This document shows positions 17,092 to 26,679 of a DNA stretch of 50,647 nt, one piece after another. The stretch's first letter is position 1, and every line of letters starts with the position of its first letter. A model generated the notes under the pieces. That model saw nothing but the letters and a program-made list of their open reading frames with translations, made no database searches and had not been told where the DNA came from. The stretch is from a virus (Duplodnaviria; Caudoviricetes). The stretch spans positions 1 to 50,647 of the IMG/VR virus record IMGVR_UViG_3300036781_000493; one strand, written 5' to 3'. The position numbers and the translations under genes were made by a program.

Positions 17092-17961
17092 ATGAATATT
17101 CTGCAGAAGGCGATGCAGGGGGGGCAGGAGAGACTCGCGCAGAGGATCGGCAACGGGGGGAATGTTTATGTTGAGAGGGAGCCCGCGGAGGATTTGATAG
17201 TGAGTCAGATCGATGAGGACCCGTTGGCAAGAGCTGAGAGAGAGTTGAACTCAGCAGTGAATCAGATTGATGGCTACACTGAAGAGAGTCAGAAGAATAT
17301 TGATTCGGGGCCCCAACCCAGTGTTCCAGCGATTCTCAAGTGGGGACAGCTTCATGAGTCTATGCTGATCGCATGGATCACAGATGGGGACTGGTGGGGG
17401 GAGGATATGCAGGCGCTGGCCAAGCGACTCAACTCCGATGGCAGTGAGTTTGAATCAATAAGAAAACAGATTCCGGATGAAACCTGGCACGGCAAGCGGA
17501 TGGAAAAGCTGCTGGAGTTGGAAGAACTAAAGCAACGCGGATTCAATTGGGATAAGCTGGAAGGGGCCGCAATCAGCAAGTTAGTGACTCTCGTCACGAC
17601 AAAGCGATTGACTCTTCCTGAAATGCTAGCCGTGGCACGAGTGGCTAACCAAGCGACTAGAAGAGGCTCAACAGCAGGAGGAGCCATCATGGAAAAGCCT
17701 ATGGGTGGTAATGCGAATCAAACCAATGTTCAAGTGAACATGTATGGGCAGCCGATCGGTGATACCGCTCTTCCTGGACAGGGTGGAATCGGTAAGGTTA
17801 CCCTTAGTTTGAGTCAGAGAACGGTTAGCCAGCTGGGAAAAGGCAAAACGATCGAGGGTGAAGCCGAGCGTTTGCATGACACCGTGGAAATGTTGACTCC
17901 TGAAGATGTCAAAGGTCTGAATGAGTTGATTGAGCCTAAGGTTATTTCAGACGATGCATGA
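17092..17961 (+). CDS. putative terminase small subunit
   Basis: Directly upstream of and overlapping TerL; AGGAG RBS before ATG 17092; assignment is positional. Confidence 0.5.
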   Translation: MNILQKAMQGGQERLAQRIGNGGNVYVEREPAEDLIVSQIDEDPLARAERELNSAVNQIDGYTEESQKNIDSGPQPSVPAILKWGQLHESMLIAWITDGDWWGEDMQALAKRLNSDGSEFESIRKQIPDETWHGKRMEKLLELEELKQRGFNWDKLEGAAISKLVTLVTTKRLTLPEMLAVARVANQATRRGSTAGGAIMEKPMGGNANQTNVQVNMYGQPIGDTALPGQGGIGKVTLSLSQRTVSQLGKGKTIEGEAERLHDTVEMLTPEDVKGLNELIEPKVISDDA

Positions 17962-19516
17962 TTCTTTGGAAGTTCAAGTCGATATCAGTGATCTAATCGA
18001 GGCCATGCGCACCGACTGCGTAACCTTTTTTGGATTCTATCTTGAGGATGAACTGACTCAGGAGGTGCCAGATCTCCATGATGAGATCTGGTCTGAGTTG
18101 GTTGCTATCGTCCAGAAGGTAAATGCTGGAGACTGGACGGATTCACTGGGCGCAGCCATTGATCACTTGCAAAAAGTGTTCTGCGTGCCGCGCGGTCATG
18201 CTAAATCGACTCTCATTAAGCTCGCTGTCATCCTTTTTATGCGTTATAGCGTGCTTTCCTTCACGATGTATGTGTCTCTAACGAGCCCAGTGGCCAAAGC
18301 AGCCTGCAAAGACATCTTCAACTGGCTTACATCTGATCGAGAGTCGACTGTTTATGGCAAGCCAACGATTCACAAGGCGAATGAGACCGAGGGATTGTGG
18401 GAACTTACGATTCACACGCCAGACTGGGGTCTCAAGAGAATCTTGCTCAAGTCACTTGGGTCGGATCAGCAGGTACGTGGCACGAATCTTAACTCAAGAC
18501 GTCCTCAGTTGGTGATTGTAGATGACTGTGAGGACAATTCGACTGCATCTACAGATGAATCTCAGAAGAAACATGACATCTGGCTCTTTGGTAACATGCT
18601 AAAAGCGAGTGCGAAGAGGTCAGTTCGAATCTGGGTTGGCAATATGATCAATCAGAGGACGATGCTATATCGAATCTCGAAAGATCCTGACTGGAATCCC
18701 ACTGTCTATGGCGCGATCATCCGCGACAAGAAGACTGGACAGCTTAGAGCTTTGTGGGAAGGGATGTTTACCCTTGAGGGACTCCTGAAAGAATACAAAG
18801 ACTACCGAGCGAAAGGCGTTGGCCACGTTTGGATATATGAAATGATGAACATGACTCAAGATACAGTCATGCGAACTGGAATGGATGGAGCAGACAGACG
18901 TCCGCGTCCCACCCCCGACCAGGTCATCTCTGGATTCATCTGCATTGACCCAGCCTTTGGCGAGAATAAGTGGAATGACTTCTCTGGAATCACTGTTCAT
19001 GTCAAAACGCGGGATACGGTGCTGCCGTGGATGGTCCAATCAGAAAAATTTAGGTATTCGGAAGAAAAATTGCTTGATGAGGTGATGGCTCTCAGCTACT
19101 ATTGGAATATCACGACCTGGACGATCGAAGCGAACGCAGCTCAGAAGCTTTTGATTCCATTGTGGAAAGCTCTGCTCAAGATTCGAGGAATCGAAGACAA
19201 TCTTTTCGTTATGTTGCCTATGAATGGGGGCGGCCAATCGAAACAGTCAAGAATCTGGGCCTTTACCCACGTAGTTGAGTCAGGCGGTTATATCATTGCC
19301 GAAGAAGAGCAGGAATTTGTCGATGAGTTGGAGAAGTATGATCCAGAGTCGAAGGATCATGAAGACAGAATCGACTCAGGCGCCTATGGAATAATTGTGT
19401 GGGAAAAGCAAGGCCGATTGGTTAAAGATGCAATTAACGTTGGGGAGGCACTTGCGCTTATGCAGGATGGTTCGACTCCTCAGAACATACACCAATCGGA
19501 TTTGATTCCATATTAA
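17954..19516 (+). CDS. terL: terminase large subunit
   Basis: PRGHAKST Walker A, LVIVDDCE Walker B, CIDPA and EDRIDS nuclease motifs. Confidence 0.93.
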   Translation: MHDSLEVQVDISDLIEAMRTDCVTFFGFYLEDELTQEVPDLHDEIWSELVAIVQKVNAGDWTDSLGAAIDHLQKVFCVPRGHAKSTLIKLAVILFMRYSVLSFTMYVSLTSPVAKAACKDIFNWLTSDRESTVYGKPTIHKANETEGLWELTIHTPDWGLKRILLKSLGSDQQVRGTNLNSRRPQLVIVDDCEDNSTASTDESQKKHDIWLFGNMLKASAKRSVRIWVGNMINQRTMLYRISKDPDWNPTVYGAIIRDKKTGQLRALWEGMFTLEGLLKEYKDYRAKGVGHVWIYEMMNMTQDTVMRTGMDGADRRPRPTPDQVISGFICIDPAFGENKWNDFSGITVHVKTRDTVLPWMVQSEKFRYSEEKLLDEVMALSYYWNITTWTIEANAAQKLLIPLWKALLKIRGIEDNLFVMLPMNGGGQSKQSRIWAFTHVVESGGYIIAEEEQEFVDELEKYDPESKDHEDRIDSGAYGIIVWEKQGRLVKDAINVGEALALMQDGSTPQNIHQSDLIPY

Positions 19517-19526
19517 GGAGAATAGC

Positions 19527-21506
19527 ATGTCTTATGACGGTCGAATCGATCCGACTCTGGATAAATACAAGATTCAGATGAACACGAGTAAGGTTCCTGC
19601 TGATGGCATGCAGTCGGACATTGTTCAGATCACGGATAAACAGAACAATGAGTTGATTGAGTATTTGCTTTGCCGCTTACAGCATGCCAATCAGAAGAGA
19701 ACTACCCGGATTCAACGCTACGCCAAAGTCGATCAGTTGATTTCGACATGGCAGAAGTTGAGTCCTGAAGATTCCAAACGAGATGTGCGCGAGGAGAATA
19801 CTGGCAAGCTGCAGGCGCTGCCGATGAATCTTCCTATCGCTGCTGCACACATTGATGATGCCGTTGCCTACTATGCTGAGGTCTTCGCTCCTCTCGGTGG
19901 TAACTTCTATCAGAATCCCAGCAAGCAAGAGACAACTGCTCAAATGAAAGAGCTCGTTCGGATGATGAACGAGGACACGCAGTTGAATCAATACTACATG
20001 CACGTGTGCAAGACTATGCGTGCATTGAACAAATACAACTTCGGCGGATTCCATGTTTCCTGGACAGATGGTGACCCCACTTCAGTTGGCGGTGAGACTC
20101 AGCCAGGCAACGTTGTCGAGAGTCTTGACATGTACAACTTCATTTATGATGAAGAAGTCAAGGACATGGATCGACTTCACAAAGAGGCTGAGTATGCCGC
20201 TCGAATCAGAAACCGATCGCGCTTGTGGCTCCTGAAGCAGTGGCGCAAGGGCAAGGTGATTCGAGTCGACAAGGTGGTTGGGCTCGGAAAAGCCAAGGCC
20301 GAGACTGGTTCGAACAATCCAAATACCAACAGTGCCAAGTTTTATAAGAATCCTCCTGCTAATACCAGGATGGAAAAGGATGGTCAGGATACGCGCACGA
20401 GCGATCAGGACTCAGGCCATGAAGTTGACTGGCATTCCTATGGGTTGAGTCTTGACTCAGATGTAGAGACTGAAATCAATGGCCATGAGATTATCCACAT
20501 GTATTGCTGGATCAATCCCAACCAGTTTGAACTTACTGAAGATGATGAGGACTCCCTTGAGCTTTGGGAGTTTACAATCTGCGATGCAGTCAACATCATT
20601 AATCTTCGTCCAGTTCCAGAGGCCACTGAGATTCCAATCTACGTGACCCGCATGAACATCGATGACATGAAGGAAGCGGCTAGGTCGATCGCTGAGTATC
20701 TTCGTCCCTTCCAACGATTCGTTTCCTTCTTGATGAATACTCACATCGAAGGAATCAAGGGATCTGTATGGGGACTCAAGGCCATTGACCCCAACATGTT
20801 CGATCCAAGCACCATCAAGAATGGTGAGACCTCAGGCTTGCTGGTTTCCAAGAAGCCTGGCTCTGATGTTCGTTCCGGATTCATGCAGCTTCAACAAAAC
20901 AATTCCGACACCCGCCAGAACATGCAGGATACCGGCGTGGTCATGGACTTGATGAAGCAGTTCTTCCCGAATCAAGCTATCCCAGCCCAAGTGGCAGGAA
21001 TGGATCGGGCGGTAAACAGCCAAGTCGCAGCCGTCATGCAGAGCGGTATGCGCAAGATGATCATGATGACTCGTCTTGTTGACTCCTCTCTGATGCTGCC
21101 AACAAGAATGGCTCAGTACCGCAACATTGCCCTCTATGATCCAGACAAGGCAATGATCAAGAACATTACCGAAGCACAAGTCGCCAATTTGCTCAACAGC
21201 GGCCTAGGCCAGATCGGCCGCGAAGCCGCCGCTGAGTCCGTGCGCAGCGTTCTGTTCGCCATCATCCAAAACCAAGAAGCAATGGGGACATTCGATGTAC
21301 CAGGACTCTTCACCCTCTGGAGTCAGCTACTCAACCTTGGAACCGACCTCGGTGACTTCGCCAAACAGCCCGTCGCTGCGGCAGTGGACGCGAACGGTAA
21401 CCCAATTGCGGGTGCAAGTCCTGAGTCAGCACCTGTCACAAGTGGCGGTGGGGATCAACCAGGCGGAACGGCTCCGGGAGTTGGCGGTGCGGCAGCTCCG
21501 GTATGA
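19527..21506 (+). CDS. portal protein
   Basis: 659 aa, immediately after TerL and before scaffold/capsid; strong AAGGAG RBS. Confidence 0.8.
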   Translation: MSYDGRIDPTLDKYKIQMNTSKVPADGMQSDIVQITDKQNNELIEYLLCRLQHANQKRTTRIQRYAKVDQLISTWQKLSPEDSKRDVREENTGKLQALPMNLPIAAAHIDDAVAYYAEVFAPLGGNFYQNPSKQETTAQMKELVRMMNEDTQLNQYYMHVCKTMRALNKYNFGGFHVSWTDGDPTSVGGETQPGNVVESLDMYNFIYDEEVKDMDRLHKEAEYAARIRNRSRLWLLKQWRKGKVIRVDKVVGLGKAKAETGSNNPNTNSAKFYKNPPANTRMEKDGQDTRTSDQDSGHEVDWHSYGLSLDSDVETEINGHEIIHMYCWINPNQFELTEDDEDSLELWEFTICDAVNIINLRPVPEATEIPIYVTRMNIDDMKEAARSIAEYLRPFQRFVSFLMNTHIEGIKGSVWGLKAIDPNMFDPSTIKNGETSGLLVSKKPGSDVRSGFMQLQQNNSDTRQNMQDTGVVMDLMKQFFPNQAIPAQVAGMDRAVNSQVAAVMQSGMRKMIMMTRLVDSSLMLPTRMAQYRNIALYDPDKAMIKNITEAQVANLLNSGLGQIGREAAAESVRSVLFAIIQNQEAMGTFDVPGLFTLWSQLLNLGTDLGDFAKQPVAAAVDANGNPIAGASPESAPVTSGGGDQPGGTAPGVGGAAAPV

Positions 21507-21733
21507 CTCAGTACCTTCACGCATCAATAAAGAATCCTAAAGGCACTTTGCACGGCTACGCAAAGTACTCTGGAAACTTTCTTGAGTCTTGGGGACTGTT
21601 AATAGACGATGACCCAATCTGGGACTCCAAACTTCTCAACGTGCATGGAATCGAAGATCACAATTTCAAAGAGCAGCATGTTCATTGTGTCTTCATCTAT
21701 AAACCAGTCTCTGAATCTCTAGCGCGGATTTAA
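21503..21733 (+). CDS. hypothetical protein
   Basis: 76 aa, ATGA overlap with the portal stop. Confidence 0.55.
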   Translation: MTQYLHASIKNPKGTLHGYAKYSGNFLESWGLLIDDDPIWDSKLLNVHGIEDHNFKEQHVHCVFIYKPVSESLARI

Positions 21734-21755
21734 GAAGATGTTGTGTGTCCCTGCT

Positions 21756-21953
21756 GCTGAGTCGTCATCGAGGTATCCAGGCCAAACGTCGGACGGGGTG
21801 ACGAATCGGGGCGTCAATGACTATTTAGAAAAAATCGTAGGAGGAGCGAGCGAAGCGAAGCGAGTCCGTCAAGCGATTTTTTATCAAGAGTCATTGACGA
21901 ATCGATCGGCGGCCCGTACAGTTGGGGCTGGATACCTCGTCATGGCGCTCGGC
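21756..21953 (+). promoter_or_regulatory. long imperfect hairpin containing a sigma70 promoter (Frpo/sso-like)
   Basis: Paired arms CGAGGTATCCAG/CTGGATACCTCG, CGTCAATGACT/AGTCATTGACG, AAAAAATCG/CGATTTTTT; TTGACG(21894)-N17-TACAGT(21917). Confidence 0.7.
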
Positions 21954-22033
21954 TTTGCAGGATTCGCGACTTCTTCCTGTGTCCCTGCTGCTAGATCGGA
22001 TTCAGGAAACTGGCTTTTAAAAGGAGAAACACA

Positions 22034-22270
22034 ATGACATTTTCAATCAACGAACTCATGCAGGTTCTTAAAGGGAACAATCCCACTGAAACGAATCTGC
22101 TTGCTCAATTCAAACAGAAACTCAAACAGGATGTCATTGATACTCTTGAATCTTGCGAAAATCCAGAGGTGGCTTATGAGCATGTGCTCAAACTCAGGGT
22201 CATCGATCGTTTCTTTTTTGAGCTTGAACAGTTAGGGGAATCACCCTCTGCTGAAGAACATCTGAACTGA
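22034..22270 (+). CDS. hypothetical head-module protein
   Basis: 78 aa, AAGGAG RBS. Confidence 0.75.
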   Translation: MTFSINELMQVLKGNNPTETNLLAQFKQKLKQDVIDTLESCENPEVAYEHVLKLRVIDRFFFELEQLGESPSAEEHLN

Positions 22271-22281
22271 AAGGAAAGGCT

Positions 22282-23067
22282 ATGCGTACTCTTCTTGGAC
22301 AATATGGCGGTAAAATTTCTTGGAATTCCGCGTTGCGGTCGCCTCCGGATGACAACAATATGAGTGGGACAGGAGCGGCTGATTCCAGTGGGGCAGGTGA
22401 CTCCGGAACAGGGACTGGTGAAGGTGACGCCAGCGGAACGAAGACTCCAAAGAGCGAAGATGATTTCGATCTCTCTGATCTTTACTCTGGTGACTCTGAA
22501 GAGGAACTCAACAAGCTGAATGTCCCCGGTGAGGACAAGCTGAACGACGGAATCGAGAGTATCACTGAGAGTGAGAAGGAAGCCAATCAAGCGCTCGGTA
22601 CGTCTATTGCCGGTGCGATTGATAGCTACAAGTTCAGTGAGTCGGACGTGCCTGATGATTTCGACCCGACGGATAAGCGCTCAGTCGCGAACTTCATGAC
22701 GTCGGTTCATCAAAAGGCAGTTCGGCACGCAATCTCGCTCACGGCGCCTATCATCACTCACGCGTTGAAGACTGTGATTCCGAAGCTGGAAAAGCGAATC
22801 GAGAATCAAGTTCAGCGCCACGGCAAGGTCAGCGAGGCTGACAAGGCATTCAATTCTCTCGGGTTTACGAATCCGGAAGACAAGGCACTGGCCAAGCAGT
22901 TCTTCGAACGTGGTCTTGCCAAGAATATGACTCATACGGCCGCAGCCTCTGCGACCAGAAATGCGATGAAGGCGCTGGGAAAGTCGGGGGCGACTCCGAA
23001 GACCGGCGGCCAAGAGAGCCCCTCTACTAAGTTTGGTGCAGACGCTCTCGATTCGATGTTTAACTAA
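22282..23067 (+). CDS. capsid scaffolding protein
   Basis: Acidic low-complexity N-terminus, helical C-terminus, directly upstream of the capsid gene. Confidence 0.7.
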   Translation: MRTLLGQYGGKISWNSALRSPPDDNNMSGTGAADSSGAGDSGTGTGEGDASGTKTPKSEDDFDLSDLYSGDSEEELNKLNVPGEDKLNDGIESITESEKEANQALGTSIAGAIDSYKFSESDVPDDFDPTDKRSVANFMTSVHQKAVRHAISLTAPIITHALKTVIPKLEKRIENQVQRHGKVSEADKAFNSLGFTNPEDKALAKQFFERGLAKNMTHTAAASATRNAMKALGKSGATPKTGGQESPSTKFGADALDSMFN

Positions 23068-23138
23068 ATTCCAGGACGGACTCTGAGCCATCCGTCCATG
23101 GATTCCCGAAGACGGATGGCTCCTGAAAGGAAAGTAAA

Positions 23139-24338
23139 ATGGCGGTTCGTGGCGTTTTCGCTTCGCATTCCGGTATCGTAGGGGAACGTCAGAACACCCT
23201 CTCCAGCCGGATTCTCATGAAGGGCTTTGCGGGCACTGCTCCGCTTTTGGCTCTTTCGTCTGGCATGGGTGAAGAGTCCATTGGTGACTCCAACTGGTCC
23301 TGGATCGAAGATCAGCACATCTCTGGCAATACGAAGTCAACTGCCGGCGTTGCGTCGACTGTCACCACTGTGATTCCGGTGGACGATGCCAATATTTGGG
23401 TCAAGAACAACATCCTCCTGGTTGAGGCTACAGCTGAAATGCTGTTCGTTGTCTCGGTTGATTCGAACACTCAGATCACAGTTCGTCGTGGATTCGCTGG
23501 AACGACTGCTACCAATATTCCAGCCAATGGCACGATTCAGCTGATCGGATCGGCATATGCTGAAGGCTCGGGCAAGCCTGATCCAATCAGTCAGGGCGGT
23601 CAGTCCTACAACAACTTCGCTCAGATCTTCAAGAATGGCTGGGCTATCACTGGCACGGCCAAGGCAGTCCAGTATATCACTGGCAACAAGCTGGCTCAGA
23701 ACAAAGAGCAATGCATCGGCTACCACGCCGAAGACATCGAACGCACGTTCTTCTTTGGTCGCAAGGCCATCACGGCAGTCAACAGCCAGGAGCTGCGCAC
23801 CACGAATGGTCTCGTGCCGCAGATTCAGGACTACGGTGGTGTGGTCGTTTCTGCGAACTACGGCTCAGTTGCTGGTCAGATGTCCATGGCTGGACTCCGC
23901 GACTTCATGCGACAGATTTTCCGCAAGAATGTCAAGGGCATGCCGAATGAGCGCATCGCATTCTGCGGTGACTCCGTTCTCTGGCTGCTCCAAACCATGG
24001 CGCAGAAGGATACTCAGTATTGGCTTGACGTCAAAACTGATACCTATGGACTCAACGTCACCAAGCTGAACAATCTTGGTCATCAATTGACTCTGCTGAG
24101 TCATCCGCTTCTGACTGAAAACGCCAACTGGGACAAGTCGCTGTACGTGTTCCATCCTGGCCTGATCAAGAAGAAGGTTCTTCGCAAGACTTGGACTCAG
24201 GAATTCACCGCTGGTGCCAATACCAACAATGGTGTGGATGCCGATGAGGGATTCATTGCTGACGAGATGGGCTTCGAGCTTAAGGGCGCTGAGCTTCACG
24301 GGATTCTGACGAACATCACCACGGCCGTCGCCTCATAA
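23139..24338 (+). CDS. major capsid protein (DUF5309/SU10-like)
   Basis: 399 aa; WSWIED, ITVRRG..GT insertion, YNNFAQIF, DIERTFFFG..TTNGL pattern; strong codon bias. Confidence 0.88.
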   Translation: MAVRGVFASHSGIVGERQNTLSSRILMKGFAGTAPLLALSSGMGEESIGDSNWSWIEDQHISGNTKSTAGVASTVTTVIPVDDANIWVKNNILLVEATAEMLFVVSVDSNTQITVRRGFAGTTATNIPANGTIQLIGSAYAEGSGKPDPISQGGQSYNNFAQIFKNGWAITGTAKAVQYITGNKLAQNKEQCIGYHAEDIERTFFFGRKAITAVNSQELRTTNGLVPQIQDYGGVVVSANYGSVAGQMSMAGLRDFMRQIFRKNVKGMPNERIAFCGDSVLWLLQTMAQKDTQYWLDVKTDTYGLNVTKLNNLGHQLTLLSHPLLTENANWDKSLYVFHPGLIKKKVLRKTWTQEFTAGANTNNGVDADEGFIADEMGFELKGAELHGILTNITTAVAS

Positions 24339-24451
24339 CACAATCACGGAAGCTCTTCTTAGGCTTGACCAGGAAGAGTCCGTGGCCCGCGCACGTTAGA
24401 AGCCTTTCCAGCTTGCGCGGGCACCCTTCCTCAAACGATATGGAGAGTCAC

Positions 24452-25252
24452 ATGGCCAAGCTTGGAGCAGGCGTTCCAAAGACGCCGGAGCAGACAGGGA
24501 ATCTGGACAATCTCGATCCGAATGCAAAGCTGTCGCCGCCCGTCGATTTGAACGGTGATTCCGGAACTTCGACTGAAACGACGACTCAGTCGAACGATTC
24601 CGAGGCGACCAACGAGCAGATTACTCAGGACAACCTAGATTCGTTGGCAACGAACAACGAAGATGGTTCGCCGAAGACGTCGGAAAGTGCTATCGATCCG
24701 GAAGCTGTCAAGGCGACTCCGGTGACTCAGGAACCGACTCCGGCTGCTACCGGATCGATTCTCGATAATCCTTCTGTCGATTTCAACTTCAATTTCGGCG
24801 ACGACGACGATGACGATGACGATGCTGAAAATGTGCCAGGTTCTGTCTGGACTTCCCGGTCGAATGACTCGGGAACAGCTTCCCGCAACAATGACCAGCC
24901 CTTCGAAGGACAGCGAATGCCCAATCTCACTGAAGAATACGAACAGCCGATTCAGCGAGCGACTGTGAAGTCGACCGAGCCTGTTGTTGTCTACAAGCAT
25001 CGGCTGATTCGGAACTTCCAGGTCGGCCGATTCCATTTCGTCAATCATCTGATGCCGATTCATTCGGCTGAAGAAAACGATGAATGGCTGGAATGCTTCG
25101 ACGGACTCATGGACGTCGACAAGAACAACATCGTCGAATACAATTACAAGGCTGCTGCCAAGCTGGAACAGCCTGTGTCGAATCTGTCGAGCCGCTCCAT
25201 CCGTGGTGCGCTTTCGACGAAGGGAATCCCGGATCAGAAGATCGTCAAGTAA
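24452..25252 (+). CDS. hypothetical virion-associated protein with acidic disordered N-terminus
   Basis: GGAG RBS before MAKLGAG; poly-Asp tract; follows the capsid gene. Confidence 0.7.
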   Translation: MAKLGAGVPKTPEQTGNLDNLDPNAKLSPPVDLNGDSGTSTETTTQSNDSEATNEQITQDNLDSLATNNEDGSPKTSESAIDPEAVKATPVTQEPTPAATGSILDNPSVDFNFNFGDDDDDDDDAENVPGSVWTSRSNDSGTASRNNDQPFEGQRMPNLTEEYEQPIQRATVKSTEPVVVYKHRLIRNFQVGRFHFVNHLMPIHSAEENDEWLECFDGLMDVDKNNIVEYNYKAAAKLEQPVSNLSSRSIRGALSTKGIPDQKIVK

Positions 25253-25290
25253 TTCGATCCGGCGATAAGTGAACTCAAAGTGGGAAAGGC

Positions 25291-25599
25291 ATGAAGATGA
25301 AACGCATGATTCTTACTGCGTTTGCTCTGATTGCCGTATCCTGTGGCCTTGCTGCTTGTGAAATCAGCAATGCCAAGGATGCGGCGAGTCAGGCATACGA
25401 CAAGCTCTGCCAGAACGAACCTCAGATTTACGCAGCTTTGCTGTTGTTCAAGCCGAATCCATCTATCAAGGTGCAAGCGGCTCATGATGGCATTGTTCAG
25501 CTTTGTTTGAGCAAACCCACAAATATCGTTGCTGGCCTTGTGACTCTGACCGCCATGTACAAAACCGTCTACGACGATCTGCACCCCAAACCAAGTTAG
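25291..25599 (+). CDS. lipoprotein (possible spanin-like)
   Basis: Basic N-terminus, hydrophobic stretch, lipobox LAAC. Confidence 0.65.
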   Translation: MKMKRMILTAFALIAVSCGLAACEISNAKDAASQAYDKLCQNEPQIYAALLLFKPNPSIKVQAAHDGIVQLCLSKPTNIVAGLVTLTAMYKTVYDDLHPKPS

Positions 25600-25648
25600 T
25601 CGGCGAATCGTTCCTCCCAGGGTTTTCGCTGATTCGATTGAGGTAGTT

Positions 25649-26386
25649 ATGACAACATTTTCACAAATCGTAGACGAGCTTTACACTGAGTTGGTTCGTC
25701 CCGACATGATAAGAATGTTGCCTGACTACCTCAATCAGACTCTGCGGGAGCTGCACTATGACTCTCGTACAAACACACCTGTGTTTTATTCAGATAATCG
25801 TCAGGAAGATGAACTGACTGTGACTGGATTGTCTGATTCAAATACAGTATTTCTGTGGGAAATTCCCATTGTTGCTCAGCTTCAGGCTATTGAAGCTATC
25901 TATTATGATTATCGTCGTCGATATGCCAGACTCCAAAATCCGACGATAGCAAGACTCCATAATATGTCAAACGTGGATGACAAGTATTACTGGTATCGCA
26001 CCGGTAAGTACATTGCATTCTCTGGGCATGGTGGAAATAATCAAAAGATTCAGATCTCTTGGTTTGAATTTCCACGTGCTCTCATGTATTACTATGCAAA
26101 GAATCGTCCTGTGACTTATGACATTGAGTCGCAGATGTATGTAGTAAATGCAGCTTATCGGAATTTAGCTGGCCAGCCAATCACTGCTGATCAAGCGATT
26201 GCATATTCTACGAACTGGATTCTTGATCGCCATCCTGATCTCCTTAAAGAGGGAGTTCGGTCGAAGGCATATAAGCGCATGGGCGATAACGATCGCGCGA
26301 GTCGTGCGTATTCTCTCTATGAAACTATGCGAGCTGGCATGTTAACTGGAGAGACCATTGACTTCACTCCACATTACAACAAATAG
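25649..26386 (+). CDS. head-tail adaptor / tail tubular protein A-like
   Basis: 245 aa; TNWILDRHPDLL..G...AY pattern seen in podovirus adaptors; position. Confidence 0.65.
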   Translation: MTTFSQIVDELYTELVRPDMIRMLPDYLNQTLRELHYDSRTNTPVFYSDNRQEDELTVTGLSDSNTVFLWEIPIVAQLQAIEAIYYDYRRRYARLQNPTIARLHNMSNVDDKYYWYRTGKYIAFSGHGGNNQKIQISWFEFPRALMYYYAKNRPVTYDIESQMYVVNAAYRNLAGQPITADQAIAYSTNWILDRHPDLLKEGVRSKAYKRMGDNDRASRAYSLYETMRAGMLTGETIDFTPHYNK

Positions 26387-26395
26387 GAGGCCTAA

Positions 26396-26677
26396 GTGGC
26401 TACTACGATCGTAAGACTCGCTACCACCTCGGCCAATTATATTCAGTTGACGGCTGGTGAAACGAACGCATTGATTCGTAATGTCGGAGGTTTCCCGATT
26501 CGAGTAGCTGCAGCCGCAACTGTCCCTGCTGCAGCTGTCACTGATTATATAACTGTGGATAGTGGTGAGTCATTGGCAGCTGGATCATTGACTCAGAATC
26601 TTTGGGGTTTGTTGACTCCATCAACGGATGTGAATCCTGTGACTAGAGTTAGTGTTGTAGAAGTGATGAAGGGTTAA
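26396..26677 (+). CDS. small beta-rich structural protein
   Basis: GTG start, AGGAGG RBS; Ala/Thr/Val-rich. Confidence 0.7.
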   Translation: MATTIVRLATTSANYIQLTAGETNALIRNVGGFPIRVAAAATVPAAAVTDYITVDSGESLAAGSLTQNLWGLLTPSTDVNPVTRVSVVEVMKG

Positions 26678-26679
26678 TC

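Noticed and set aside
21738-22037. 99-aa ORF between portal and scaffold
   Set aside because: Coincides with the long hairpin and promoter element; no convincing RBS; probably non-coding
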